Shown here piece by piece: positions 1-13,100 of a stretch of DNA of 64,000 bases. A program made the position numbers and the translations under genes. The DNA lies in assembly GCA_964016885.1 (NCBI GenBank), contig CAXHJY010000377.1:24698-88697 (forward strand), given 5' to 3'. This DNA is from Eledone cirrhosa (taxonomy: Eukaryota). Position 1 is the first letter of the stretch. Each line of letters starts with the position of its first letter. Below the pieces are notes generated by a model. That model saw only the letters and a program-made list of their open reading frames with translations. It was not told the DNA's origin and made no database searches.

Positions 1-362
1 CGAGGGGTTTGCTAACGCGGAACGGGAAGATGGTCATGCCATCTGGCCTTTTACCGTCCCCTCGGTCCAGCCCCACCGGCTTGAGCTGGGAGGAGAAGCC
101 TGCAGCGCCCAAGCCATGCTTTATGACCTCGTTGAGGGCAGCATGTAGTGGAAGGCGGCCGGCAGTGTGGCGACAGGAAACTAGGTGGAGGCCGAAAGAG
201 TCCACGGTGGATCCACAGCGACATTTATTTAGCTAGCAGATCCAGTGTCCAAGCCTCAAGGAAACGCCGATGCGCAGGCTATCTTTATCAGGCTGTATGC
301 CAATGGAGAAGTCATGGAGCCAGTCATGGCAGTCATGGCAAGTCATGAAGCCAGGCGCCACT
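1..362 (-). mobile_element. CRE-clade LINE fragment (restriction-like endonuclease region)
   Basis: Aligns with 54170-54500. Minus strand encodes LHAALNEVIKHGL...EPVGLDRGDGKRPDGMTIFPFR. Confidence 0.85.
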
Positions 363-448
363 TATTATTATCCTTTTAAAGTCAACATATTTGTGAGATC
401 AGTATGTCCCAGTATGTTCCGTAGGCTGGGCTGAAACTGAATAATAAT

Positions 449-631
449 GTTATCTTCTTTTGGCACAAGGCCAGCAAATACCCAGTGCATTACTGGTACT
501 TTCTTTTATCGACCCCGTAAGGATGAAAAGCAAAGTTAACCTCGGCGGGATTTGAACTCAGAATGGCAAGGGACGTAACTCTATGGTAGAAAGCAAGGTG
601 TCCGTCCCTCTACTGATACTGCCAATTCACC
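449..631 (-). mobile_element. tRNA-derived SINE (family A)
   Basis: A-box TGGCAGTATC and B-box GAGTTCAAATCC, core CTTTCATCCTTACGGGGTCGATAAAA. 19-bp TSD GCTGAAACTGAATAATAAT at 430-448 and 632-650. Confidence 0.92.
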
Positions 632-812
632 GCTGAAACTGAATAATAATACCAAATGAATGGTATTCTATCATTGGTTTTGTGATACCAAGCACATTAA
701 TGATGTCAAGCATTGCGAATCTCTCTTCTAAATTGTTGGTGTTAAGGTTATTTATTGCAATATATAAAACACACACTCACACACACACACGCTCATACAC
801 ACACACACTCAT

Positions 813-890
<78 letters not shown>

Positions 891-2256
891 ACACACACAT
901 CTATATATACAATCGCACACACATATACACATCAGCATTGTATGTTATATTGACAGATATAATGCATGTTTATGTATATAATCTATCATTTACTTCTTAC
1001 TGTCATCATTCTCTTCATCGGCTCAGAAATATATTTACCCTCTATACCAGACTTGACAACATCAATGCTATATAACAAGACATCTCGAAAGAAATGATAT
1101 TACTATTTCGACATACTCATTATTATCAACATTATCGTTCTCCCATTAACATCATCATCCGATCATCATCATCGTAGCTATCTTCTCAACCATTTTCCTC
1201 CTCATCATTCATGGAAGTTTACTTGTTCTGTATAATTATCTGCCACCATCGTCGTAAAGAAGCAAATACAGACACATATGTGGCACAAGATGGCAGACAT
1301 AATTTGGTCACCTGATCTTCTCAATATTAAATATTATATTAATCTAATCCAAATTACTCTATGTTGTTTTAAAACATGAAGGATACGTTGGATACTGTGT
1401 TTAACAAACATACCAGGATTGGTGCCCCAAGGACACCATTGTGCATCAAAATTAACTGAGTAATGATAACAAAATATTAACAGCAGCAGCATTAGTTGTA
1501 GCACCAGCTGTAGCAGCAGCAACAGCTGAAGTAGAAGCATATTCGATAAATTGTTACTGGGCAATCTCAGGACTTAAGAAATTATGAGGATAATATTATT
1601 GAAAGTTCAGTTTAACAATAAATTGCTTAATTTTACAATTAGTCAAACGTCAGAATGTCAAATGTTTAATTTGCGAGCTCACTTACCAGATTTATTCAAT
1701 CATAATATTATTTCTTTTAACATGAATTAACGGCGGCGAATTTGCAGAGACGTCATGCTGTATGACAAAATTCCTTGTTGTATGTATTTGGACTCCTATT
1801 AAGAGATCAGATGCCACCAGGTTCAATTTTGATTTTACTGTTTCCGTTCGGTGAATAAATTAACAGTTTAGAGAGTAGACTGGCTGGACTGTTAGAGAGA
1901 TTATTCTGATGCAACCTCTTCTGATGTTATATCAGTCAGTAAGTAACGGATGAGAAATCACACACTGTACATATCACTAGTTAACAAAGGATAGCATTAA
2001 ATGAACTATGGTATCAACACACTAAGAGGAGGAAATACTGATGCTGTTAAATAAGGGTTAATGTCAATTGTAAGAAAGCCTGGACTCAGTCTCATTCAGT
2101 ACATATGTGGCTCTATTTCACATATATGAAGACTAAATTCAAATACATCGGCATTTCAACGCACAACATAGAGGATTGTGCAAGATCAATGGCTGCAATT
2201 GAGTGTTATGTTAAGTCTTTCCTATAAACTACTTATGCACTCTAGTAATTGAACAG

Positions 2257-2331
<75 letters not shown>

Positions 2332-2983
2332 AACTATTATTCCGCATGTGACTGCAAGACGTTTTATAAAATGTATTTAGTCGCGTATTTTATGTCACTA
2401 AATTGAATAGTATGAGTTTGAATAGAATTGAATTATATTGATGTCAGAAATACAGATGTAGTAGAGTGAATCGAAACACTTTTCCAAGTGAAATAAGAAA
2501 GCAACTACTAGAATATAATATGTGAATTGCTAGCTGCAAGTGAAAGTCATTTCCGAACTTTCTTTTACTTGGTTTGAAAATTTAGTGAAAATAAGCTTAA
2601 AGCAACAATCTAGTCTTCATTCGAACAAACCACAACATGGATAATGAATTTGTAGGAAAATTAATATATAAGTCGCTAGAAATTCACCTTTGCTCAGTCA
2701 ATGTATTTACATTTCATATCGATTCCATATTATCTTGGTTATGTAAGGATGAAATTCATTCAATTCACTTACGTTTGTTTTTAGATAAACCAGTAATGAA
2801 TATTATGAATCATAATTGGGAAAAAATACAACTTGTCTAAGGAAACATGAGTTTAGCGTTCGTGATTGCTACCATTTTATACTCGGTCATTTTCTAATAT
2901 AACTTTTATTGTGTCAATCTTATTTTACAGACAGAAGTTATACAATGATAGAAATATGGAAAAGAAAGTTAAAAACAAAATTA

Positions 2984-3174
2984 AATAATTGTTTGTATTT
3001 TTGGCACAAGACCAGCAATTACCAAGTGCATTACTGGTACTTTATTTTATCGATCCCGTAAGGATGAAATGCAAAGTTAACCTCGGTGGGATTTGAACTA
3101 AGAATGGAAAGGGCCCTAACTCTATGCTGCAAAGCATGGCGTCCGACAATCTACCGATACTGCCATCCGCCGCC
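2984..3174 (-). mobile_element. tRNA-derived SINE (family A)
   Basis: Full-length match to the 449-631 copy. Confidence 0.9.
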
Positions 3175-3269
3175 CAATGAAAAGAGGCGAGAAGGTAGAA
3201 GTATGGAAAAGTAGAGGGAAGGACTATAAATGCCGTAAGTGAGAAGAAAAGGAGGGACAAAGCGTTGGC

Positions 3270-3435
3270 TCTTGGGCTACGGAAGGAAGGGGGGGGGGGG
3301 AGACCGTGGTGTGCTCTAATCCTAGGACTGGGCTGTGTTTCAGCAGCGCCTCGTGGAGAATATTGCAAAGGCATTTCCTCGGACAATGGCCAGAGTCACC
3401 CGCTGCAAGAGCCACCCTACCTCGCAAGGCGGGTT
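3270..3435 (-). mobile_element. CRE-clade LINE 3'-end fragment (diverged)
   Basis: Minus strand PCEVGWLLQRVTLAIVRGNAFAIF, homologous to 53860-53940. Confidence 0.65.
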
Positions 3436-4529
3436 GCTGATGTTCCGATTTTTCTAAGTATAACTACCCATTTCATATTGTTCTGTATGAAGCTGCTATA
3501 TCCGTATAACAGGAAATCTGATCGAAATTTGTTAGGAAATATGTTTGAAAGTTGTTAATTAAGCTCTTTATCGATCTTGATGAAAATGGTAATAATAACG
3601 AACATGATTCTTTTGGTGCTCACCTTCATACATTTCCTCTTCCTCCTCGTCTCTCGCCATCACCTTCATCTCTCCATCTCCCCCTCTACCGCAACATCAT
3701 CCCTAACACCACCATCACATAAATGGAATATTTCATGATATTATTAGACATTAATATTCTTTATATATGTTGTTGATGTTGTTGGTTAACCCTAGGTTAA
3801 CTTAGTCTAATAAGAAAACAACTTATGATCAACATATTGTGACAATGGCGATTCTATCTATATTTTTTCTTTAGACATTTTCCAATGTCTGTCTTGTTAA
3901 AACAGTCAGTTACGACATATCGCAGATTTGGCTGGCTGCTGTTTCTAACAGGTCAAGTAACCATATAAATGCCTTCCTCACCGATTCTCACCGTTTCTTA
4001 TATTTTCAATAGGTGACAAAATATGAAATAGTGATAATGACGATATTTTATTTCGATATACAGCTAGAATGTTGCCAAGATGGTGCTACATTAATTCTTT
4101 TTAGAAATATGTCCATATTTCTTATAGAAAATAAAACACGCGGAGAGAAAAGAAACTGTTAAGGCAGTATTTTAAAGACGTATATGTATTTATATAATCT
4201 GTGAAAATAGTTATACTGAATAAGTAAAAAAATATCTTAGCATTGGAGAATTAAAGATATTATTTTAAGAATATATACGATGTTTTCTTCGTGTTTTTAA
4301 AGTGATATTTTTTGGTACTCACATAATAGTTCCGCTTCAGTTATATCTGTGCGGGCATATGCACAATCACATAAGCACAGACGTCTATAAATACATTAAA
4401 TTATCTCTCTCTCTCTCCCTCTCTCTGTCTCTTTCCCTCTCTCACTCTCCCTGTATATATATATATATATATATACATTAAATTCTTTCTCTCTCTCTTT
4501 ATATATATATATATATATATATAAATAAT

Positions 4530-4573
<44 letters not shown>

Positions 4574-4597
4574 ACACACACGCATACTGAACACACA

Positions 4598-4634
<37 letters not shown>

Positions 4635-5184
4635 AATTTTGTATGTGTGTCTTTGCAAGATGTATTTGAAAGTGTTTGGTTATTTGCAGATAAAACTTTA
4701 TCATAGGTTTTTTTCTATGAAATTACTGCTGAGCTTGTCAATAATATGCATTAAAATAATCTATATCTATATCTTGAAAAAAATCCTACCATACAGACCA
4801 GTTATTTTTTGCTTATTCTTCAATTTGCATTAATAAAACCTTCCTATCCATAATTCTGTTTATCTATTTGCTGCCAACATTTTCAGTTTTCCTATGTGAA
4901 AGCTCAGAAGTCGTTTGCTCACTACGGAAATGCTATGACTAAATACATCTTACTCCACAACATAATTAATATTATGAGCTGAAAAATGTATATTCAATAT
5001 CATATGCCGTATATGCTTATAAGGAATACGAATCTCCTGATTAAGCAAAGTAATCTGTAACACGGCAACTTATGAATCCTTATTTGTGGTGGCCTCTTGT
5101 TTTTTTAGTATCTTTTTCTGGCTCCATATATTCAATTTGATATATTTGTGGCGTAAAAGATCTGTGAACATTCTTCTTATTTGC

Positions 5185-5480
5185 TCACTTATTCCTGAGA
5201 GGGTCATGGGGACAGAATCCTCAAACACTCCCTCCAGCGGGCTCTGTCAGAAGCAACCGTCTCCAACTGATCCGATTGGATCCCCAAGCGAGATCACCGA
5301 AGCTCGTCGATTTTATCCAAATATCTTGCTCTGGGTCTCCTGCTGGTTGGTTTTACATACGGTCACGAATCTAGTGTAATGACCGAAAGAATACGATTGC
5401 GCACACAAGCGGCGTTCCTCCGAATGGTCTTTATAGTAAAGTTACTCGATAAAGTGCGTTGCTCGGAGATTAAAGAGTCA
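5185..5480 (-). mobile_element. RTE-like LINE 3' fragment
   Basis: Minus strand RYLDKIDEL..SRLGIQSDQLETVASDRARWRECLRIL. Homologous to 33400-33610. Confidence 0.7.
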
Positions 5481-5631
5481 TTCCAGTTAGAGGCGCTACT
5501 TCTACTTCGTTGAAAACTATTTTTGAAAATTCCATATACTTACTAACATATCTATATTCGTTTCACGAACAAAATCTAGGTGAACGTCTTCTCATAAAAT
5601 GCCTAGAGTTGAAATATCTTCCCGTCTACTT

Positions 5632-5681
5632 GTGAATATTTAATTACGTGAATATTTAATTACGTGAATATTTAATTACGT
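5632..5681. repeat. 16-bp tandem repeat x3
   Basis: GTGAATATTTAATTAC repeated. Confidence 0.9.
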
Positions 5682-5824
5682 ATATTTGATAGTGATATTA
5701 TTGCCACATAAGAGTATGTTACGAAGCCAACGCCGTATGTATGCCACTTATTAGACAGCTATTATCTGAGAAGATGGAGCAATCCTCTTTCTATGTATGT
5801 ATATATATATATATGTTCTTCTGA

Positions 5825-6005
5825 GGGGGGTGGATTAGCTGTATCGGTAGAGCATCCAACAACATTTGAAGCATAGCGTCCTTACGTTCTGATTTCAAAC
5901 TCAGCGAGGTTAGTTTTGACTTTCATCCTTACTAGGTCAATAATATAAAGTATCAATAAGTACAGGAGTAGTTTTAATCGATTGTTCCCTCCCCTTCAAA
6001 TTGCT
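5825..6005 (+). mobile_element. tRNA-derived SINE (older relative of family A)
   Basis: GGTGGATTAGCTGTATCGGTAGAG head, diverged core, different tail. Confidence 0.75.
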
Positions 6006-6029
6006 TTATACATGTGTATATGCAGTTAT

Positions 6030-6545
6030 TCCATACAGAATTTCTGCAAAGTTTTACATATATTTACATTAATGGACATTACTAGCATCTTCCTATCTAG
6101 CCGTAATCACTCTCTCTCTCTCTGTCTGTGAATCCCAGCTTCTCAGAATTTATACAGGAGTAGTTAGTAACGTATCCAATATTCCCGTGAACACAGGTCC
6201 AATTCTAAGTATAGTCAGAGTGTATTATCTGCAGATTCCTCAATAGTTCAGCACAAATAGTCTTACTTTCCGAGATATTTAGCATTATATTGACAAATTT
6301 GAGGAGAAGATTTCCATTTCTGTGCACGTCTTCTTTTCTCTGTCCCATATCACTATGTCTGGTTTGTTGTTTTGGCATTGCTGGGGCTTTTACTAGAACA
6401 GATAAACAGTATTATTTTATATTATGTATGTATATGACCTCCACATTGCTGTAACTGCTTAAGTTTATTGTCGGGGATATCAGTTCGGCGCATTGCATTG
6501 TAGATTGTTTTAGTCAAATACTTCATGCCACATAGTTAGACAGCT
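6030..6545 (-). mobile_element. RLE-type (R4/Dong-like) LINE 3' fragment, decayed
   Basis: Minus strand NNKPDIVIWDREKKTC.EMEI...LLRNLQIIHSDY. Same family as 14315-14700. Confidence 0.65.
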
Positions 6546-6677
6546 GCTTAATGTAATGGTAATGATGATGATGACAACAGTGATAATGATGATGACATTG
6601 ATGATTATGATGAGGATGAAGAATAAACCTGTAACAACAGAGTGAACTGACCGATGTCTACTGTTTCTACTTTATGT

Positions 6678-6910
6678 CAAGTCAGTCAATCATATTGATG
6701 GCCTCCCCACAACCCCGGCGGACAGGATAGAGAAGGCGTTTCCTCGGAGGACGGCAAGGGAGACGCGCTGAAAGAGCCATTCCAACTTGCGAGGCTCACA
6801 CCTGCGGCTGGCCAGCTCAGTGCCTATGGTGGTGAGTAGGAGGTAGCCATAGGGTCGAGGACACCAGACGTCTCCACTGCCAAGGGCACGACCGGAAACC
6901 TGTCGGAATA
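6678..6910 (-). mobile_element. CRE-clade LINE 3'-end fragment
   Basis: Aligns with 53835-54046 and, inverted, with 37503-37732. Confidence 0.85.
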
Positions 6911-7110
6911 TGATATGAGTAACATGTCCGGTGTAAACATCAGCCGATGTATACTTCAGAAAATACTAATATTTTCAACCGTGTCACTGTTGAACAAAAG
7001 GATGACGATTGGTCAAGGCACAGCACAGTTTTGTCGGGCCGTTTGCTTGTAAACGAATCGAATATAATTATTAATGTTCGATATAAACCATACGTAAGTA
7101 AGTATATCTA

Positions 7111-7240
<130 letters not shown>

Positions 7241-7270
7241 TTAGAGAGAAATAGAGAGAGAGTGATATAT

Positions 7271-7960
7271 ATGATGACATCTTGTTTATTGTCGTTCCCG
7301 TCTGCCGGGGACACGAAGGTGACTGTGAGGCCGATCCTTGATTTGCAGGTCCGGGGACAGGGGGGGGGGGGGGCAAGGGAAGAGACCGGAGTCAGACTGG
7401 CAACTCCCAGAGGTTACCACCACCTTTCGCCCATCGCTGCAGGGCTTTGGGAGTGCACGATAAAGAAGAAACCTGTGCGGGAAAGGTTTATAGTGGGAGG
7501 GCCAGTGCACAGTGACGGTCCAACTCACTCGGCCGCAGAAGCCAGAATCTGGTGGTACGGAGAACCGTCACGACCAGGGACTTCCTTGGTTGCAGTGGAT
7601 GGCCACGACGTCTGTAGTGCCTCGCCGTTCACTAGCGCTCCACGCCGCTCGCTGTCGCCTCCTTCGTGACAGTTGGAACGACGTTTTCCTCCTTCACTCA
7701 CTCCGTCGGATCCAGTCTTCGCATGCAGGGGCAGGTATCCCCTATCTAACTCACCGGAGGGTTTCAGACCCGTCCGGCTACCCTCAACCTGGTTCGGCCA
7801 GCCAGCCAAGGTGGTTTACCGGGGTGTGGCCGCTGTTGCATTTTACAGCTTCTTGGGGTCACAGGTGAGAGCTGAGTGTCAGGTGGCACCCAATGCAGGT
7901 GGAGCTGTCCTGAAAACGGCATGGCTAACCCTCCCTACATGGCCCTCCCTGACACCCTAG
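7271..7960 (-). mobile_element. Second non-autonomous bipartite RTE derivative (different family)
   Basis: GC-rich RTE-like 5' UTR on the minus strand, followed by a remnant zinc finger FPCP..CPRTCKSRIGL/SHLRV (about 7305-7385, one frameshift, poly-C expansion). Confidence 0.75.
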
Positions 7961-8019
7961 GTATATACACACGCATATACATACACATACATATGTACAT
8001 GTGTATATACATATTTACA

Positions 8020-8213
8020 CATTTTTGGATGGCCATTAACTCTTATGAGTTATTCCGCCCTTTTGTCAGGTTTTGTTTCTTGTCCTGCTGGGTGTCCAAA
8101 ATACCCTCCTCACCAAAACTTGGTGGAGTTGCCAGTTTTGTCACCGACGAGCCGACCATGCGACAGGTTGTACTGGTTTACATGTTACCAGTAGTACTAA
8201 AAAATGACCTGAC
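8020..8213 (-). mobile_element. Partial copy (5' ~190 bp) of the family at 15355
   Basis: Reverse complement GTCAGGTCA...TACTGGTAACATGTAAACCAGTACAACCTGTCGCATGGTCGG...GGTGAGGAGGGT aligns to 15355-15550. Confidence 0.85.
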
Positions 8214-8218
8214 ATCAG

Positions 8219-8254
<36 letters not shown>

Positions 8255-9268
8255 AATAGATAGATAGATAGATATAGAGAGAGTGAGAGAGTGAGAAATA
8301 ATGAGAGAGAGTGAGAGAGAGAGTGAAAGAGAGAGACAGTCTTTTAACAATGAGACAAATCACTTCCATTGGGATTTAGACAAAATTAACGAGGTAATTA
8401 TATAAGTCTGTTAGGAAATGTTTTCAGGTATGTGTGTCAGCACATGTGTGGATCCGATGTTTTTAATTATATATGCTCATCTATATATATATGTTTCTAT
8501 ATCGAAGCATGGTTTTACAATTCCATTAATGGACTGTATGTATTAATGTTTGTATCAATGAAGGTATAGATGTATGAGGGAGCTTATAGATAGGACAACA
8601 CACGCTGTCTCTTCGTGGGGTAAGTTTTTTTTTAATTCTTGTATTCTGAAACATCAAAATACAACAATTTGTTGGTTACTGGACTCGGGAATGTCACGAC
8701 AGAAGTTTGTGGAAGTTACACAAATATTTTAGTATATTTTAGCAGAGCAATCCTTATTTATATTTTACATTTACTTACATCTCAATATAACATGGCTAGA
8801 ATTCAAATTTTGCTAAGAGAAGAAAACGGTCAAATGAACTAGATACATCTCACTGTCCACACCACCACAATAACGTCTACACTCTCTCCCCACCATCACA
8901 TGTCATTACCATACCATACCCTATCGAGACTAAAGTCATCGACCTGTTGTCAAACTCTCTACTCTCTGATGAATGTATATATATATATGTGTGTGTATGT
9001 ATATGTGTGTATATACATCACTCAGTCAAACAACCAGATTTCAACCCCAACATCTACAACAACAACAACACCGGCACTAATGTTTACAGCAACAACAGCT
9101 TCAGAATGAACTGAAATGAACATTTACAACAATTACAACAACAACAACAACAGCGGCATCAAAACATAAAAAAAGGAAGGGAAAAGAAAAAAGAAAAAAG
9201 AAAAAGGGAAGGGAAAAAAAAAAAAGGAGGAAAAAAAAGAAAGGAAAAAAAAAAAAACTCAAAATAAC

Positions 9269-9329
<61 letters not shown>

Positions 9330-9766
9330 CAGAACAACAACATCAACTGCCACCACCACCACCACCGCCACCGCCGTCGCCATCACCATCACCAGCGACC
9401 TTAAGAACAACTTTAATAATAATTTTTCTGCTTTTGGCACGGATCCAGCGACTGGCCAGCGCATCACTGGTACTCTCTTTTGTTGACTCCGTGGAGAGCC
9501 ATAACTCTATGCTGTAAAGCAATTATAGTAATACTGGACTGTAATACGATCGGCTTCAACTATACAAACTCTTGAAAGTCAACAGTTGACATAATCTGGT
9601 AATCTTGTATCAGTAATGACGGTAATATATATATATATATATGTGTGTGTGTGCGTGTAAGTGAGTAGAGTAGCGTGTGTGTGTGTTTGTTGTGTGTGTG
9701 AGTGTTGCTGTGTGCACGCATATGTATGCGTGTGTGTGTATGTCGTACGTATAAGTGTCAATAAGT

Positions 9767-9797
<31 letters not shown>

Positions 9798-9799
<2 letters not shown>

Positions 9800-10100
9800 G
9801 CGGGGACATAGAAATAATCGGGCTGGATGCCCGATCGCGCAGTTAAACCACTGGGAGTGAAGAACCCCTAGCCCATGTCAGGGTATTCTTCTAGGAGAAG
9901 GCATCTCAGGAAACTGGGTTAACTCCGATATAAAACCTGCGGCTCAGTAGTTACCGATGATGTTGATCTTTTCTTCTTTTCGGGTTATAGCTACTGTCGC
10001 TCAGAGAGTGGGATTGGTTCAGTGCACAGTCTTTCCTCACTTTAAAAATATTCGTCACGCACAGGCATTGCACGAGTGCATTAATAATTATTAATAGTGT

Positions 10101-10138
<38 letters not shown>

Positions 10139-13100
10139 TATTATTACTTTTTTTTTTTTTTTTTTTTTTCCAATTCAATGATGTTCCAGAACAATGTAAA
10201 CGAGATAATTGCCAATTTGGGTTCTGGAACAAAAAGGATCATTGGCAATAAGGGCAGGGGCCCCAAGTTATCACAACCTGGGCCCGCCCGTCATCGTGCC
10301 ATTGTAATAGAGCCAAACAGGGCATTTAGTCTTGGCTGCTGGAACGTACGGACGCTGCTTGACAGGGATTCTTTGCAGAGTCCTGAACGAAGGACCGCTC
10401 TTGTTGCGAAGGAGCTTCGACGTTACGATCTTGACATCGTGGCTTTGTCTGAGACGAGGTTAGCTGGAGATGGTCATCTTACGGAATTTTGTGGAGAATA
10501 TACATTCTTCTGGAAAGGAAGAGATGAAGGAACCAGAAGAGAGGCTGGGGTAGGATTTGCTGTTAAGACTGTACTGGTGAATAAATTAGAAGAATTCCCA
10601 GTGGGGATTAGTGAGCGTCTTATGTCCATGAGAGTTCCGCTGGACAGGGGAAGATATGCTACCCTGGTGAGTGTGTATGCTCCAACTATGAATTCTGTCG
10701 ATGAAGAAAAACTGTCCTTTTACCATGCCTTGAAAGGTGTTTTAAGAAATATCCCTCAGGCAGACAAAGTCATCGTGCTTGGTGACTTTAATGCTAGAGT
10801 GGGTAGGGATTTTAACACATGGAATGTAATCGGAAGGCATGGGGTGGGAAAGTGTAACAGCAATGGTATGCTCTTGCTGCAGATGTGTGAGGAGCTGGAT
10901 CTGTGTGTTACCAACACCATGTCGCAACAAAAGAACAAATTCAAGACCACATGGATGCATCCTGCATCTAAGGAATGGCATCTTTTGGACTACGTCCTAG
11001 TCAGGATGCGTGACAGACGGGATGTGCAGTGTGTTCGTGTTCTTCGTGGAGCTGAGTGCTGGACGGACCACCGCCTGGTACGCGCAAAAGTGAATCTAAT
11101 CACCAAACGTAAAATCCGGGCTCCTGGTGTTACCCTGCCCAAAAGATTGAATGCTGCTCGTCTTAAGGATAAAAATGTGAAGAGGACATTGGAAGAAGAG
11201 ATGCAGGCTGCAGATCTTGGTGAGGATTGGCCGACCCTTAAAAAGTCGGTTTATGATGTAGGCAGACGTGTTCTGGGATTGGTGCAGAGAAAACATCAGG
11301 ACTGGTTTAATGAGAAAGATGTGCATATAGATGACTTGTTGGCTGATAAGAGGCGCGCTCTGTCACGCTACTTGACGGCAAAACCACAGGAGAGGAATAC
11401 GTTGCATGAGGAGCTCAGGGATGTAAAATCACGTGTTAGGCGGAGTCTTTCTCAGATGAAGGATCAGTGGTGGAGTGAGAAGGCTGGTGAGATACAAACT
11501 GCGTCTGATTGCAATAACACAAAGCTGTTGTACAGTCTCTTGCGTGAGGTTTATGGACCGTCTTCTTCTCTGGTGACACCGATTCGCAGCAGGGATGGCA
11601 AAGAACTTCTTCGTGACTCACAGGGAATTCTACGAAGGTGGCGAGAGCACTTTGATGATCTTTTGAATCAGCCGTCTGTCGTCGGTGAAGATTTCCTCAA
11701 TCTCATTCCGGAAAGTCCTGTGAAAGTAGCTCTCGCAGAACCTCCGACACTTGTGGAGGTTGCAGTGGCTATTTCGAAGCTGAACAGTGGAAGATCTCCA
11801 GGTATGGATGGCATACATGCTGAGCTCCTACAATATGGTGGTGAGAGACTCCTGCAACATCTTCACTCTCTGTTTGGAAGGATATGGGCTAATGAATCCG
11901 TGCCTGAGGACTGGAGAGATGCGGTAATGGTGGTCTTGTACAAGGGAAAGGGTAACAGGAATGATTGTGGGAACTACAGAGGTATATCATTGCTTTCTGT
12001 CGTGGGGAAAGTTTTATGTAGGGTGCTTCTGGACCGTCTGCTGACACACATTGCAGATTGTGTCCTTCCTGAAAGTCAATCTGGTTTTCGTGTTGGACGC
12101 GGCACTACTGATATGATCTTCTCAGCTGGACAGCTCCAGGAGAAGTGCATTGAACAGGGCTTGGATCTGTATCAGGTTTTTGTCGATCTGACAAAGGCTT
12201 TCGATACTGTCAACAGAGATGCATTATGGAAGGTTCTCCAGAAACTTGGTTGCCCTGATAAGTTCCTTGCTTTAGTTAGGTCTTTCCAGGACGACATGAA
12301 GGCTTGGGTTAATGTCGGAGGTAACATGTCGGAGCCTATCTCAGTAAAAAATGGAGTGAAACAGGGGGATATTCCAGCACCGACCCTGTTTGCCATATAC
12401 TTTGCAATGGTTTTCTGTATTGCATTCAGGAATTGCGAGCATGGTGTTTACATCCGATATCGAACCTCAGGCAGCGTATTTAACATCAGGCGCTTTGCTG
12501 CGAAGACAAAAGTATTTACATCAGTCATAAGAGACCTCTTGTATGCAGATGATTGCGATCTTGTAGCGCACACAGAGAGTGATATGCAGCACATTTTGAA
12601 TGTATTTTCTGACGCTTGCACTGCCCTGGGTTTGACTGTCAGTCTCAAGAAAACCGTCGTCATGTACCAACCTGCACCTGGTAGGCAGTACACTGAACCA
12701 AACATCTATGTGTATGGCAAACGACTTGGAGTGGTTGATCAGTTTGTCTACCTGGGAAGCACTGTCAATCGATACGGCAACCTTGACAGTGAAATCTCAC
12801 TTAGGATTAGGAAAGCAAGTGATGCTTTCGGAAAGCTAGAAAGGCGACTCTGGGGTCGACGAGACATATGCAGGAGGACAAAGGTAAGGGTGTACAGGGC
12901 ATGTGTACTCTCTTGTCTTCTTTATGCCTGCGAGACCTGGGTCACATATCGACGCCACCTTAAGCAATTGGAGCGTTTCCATCAGATGTGTCTCAGACGG
13001 ATACATGGCGTTCACTGGAGGGACCACATCAGTGATGTCGAGATTTTGGAAAGCTCTATGTGTGACAGTATAGAAGCTCTTGTGCTTAAGCAGCGACTCC

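Noticed and set aside
1334-1564. Signal-peptide-like Leu-rich ORF
   Set aside because: Derived from a degenerate (CAG)n tract.
9568-9605. TTGAAA-GTCAA/TTGAC-ATAATCTGGTA as a decayed U3-A8 hammerhead
   Set aside because: GAAA missing and no stem I.
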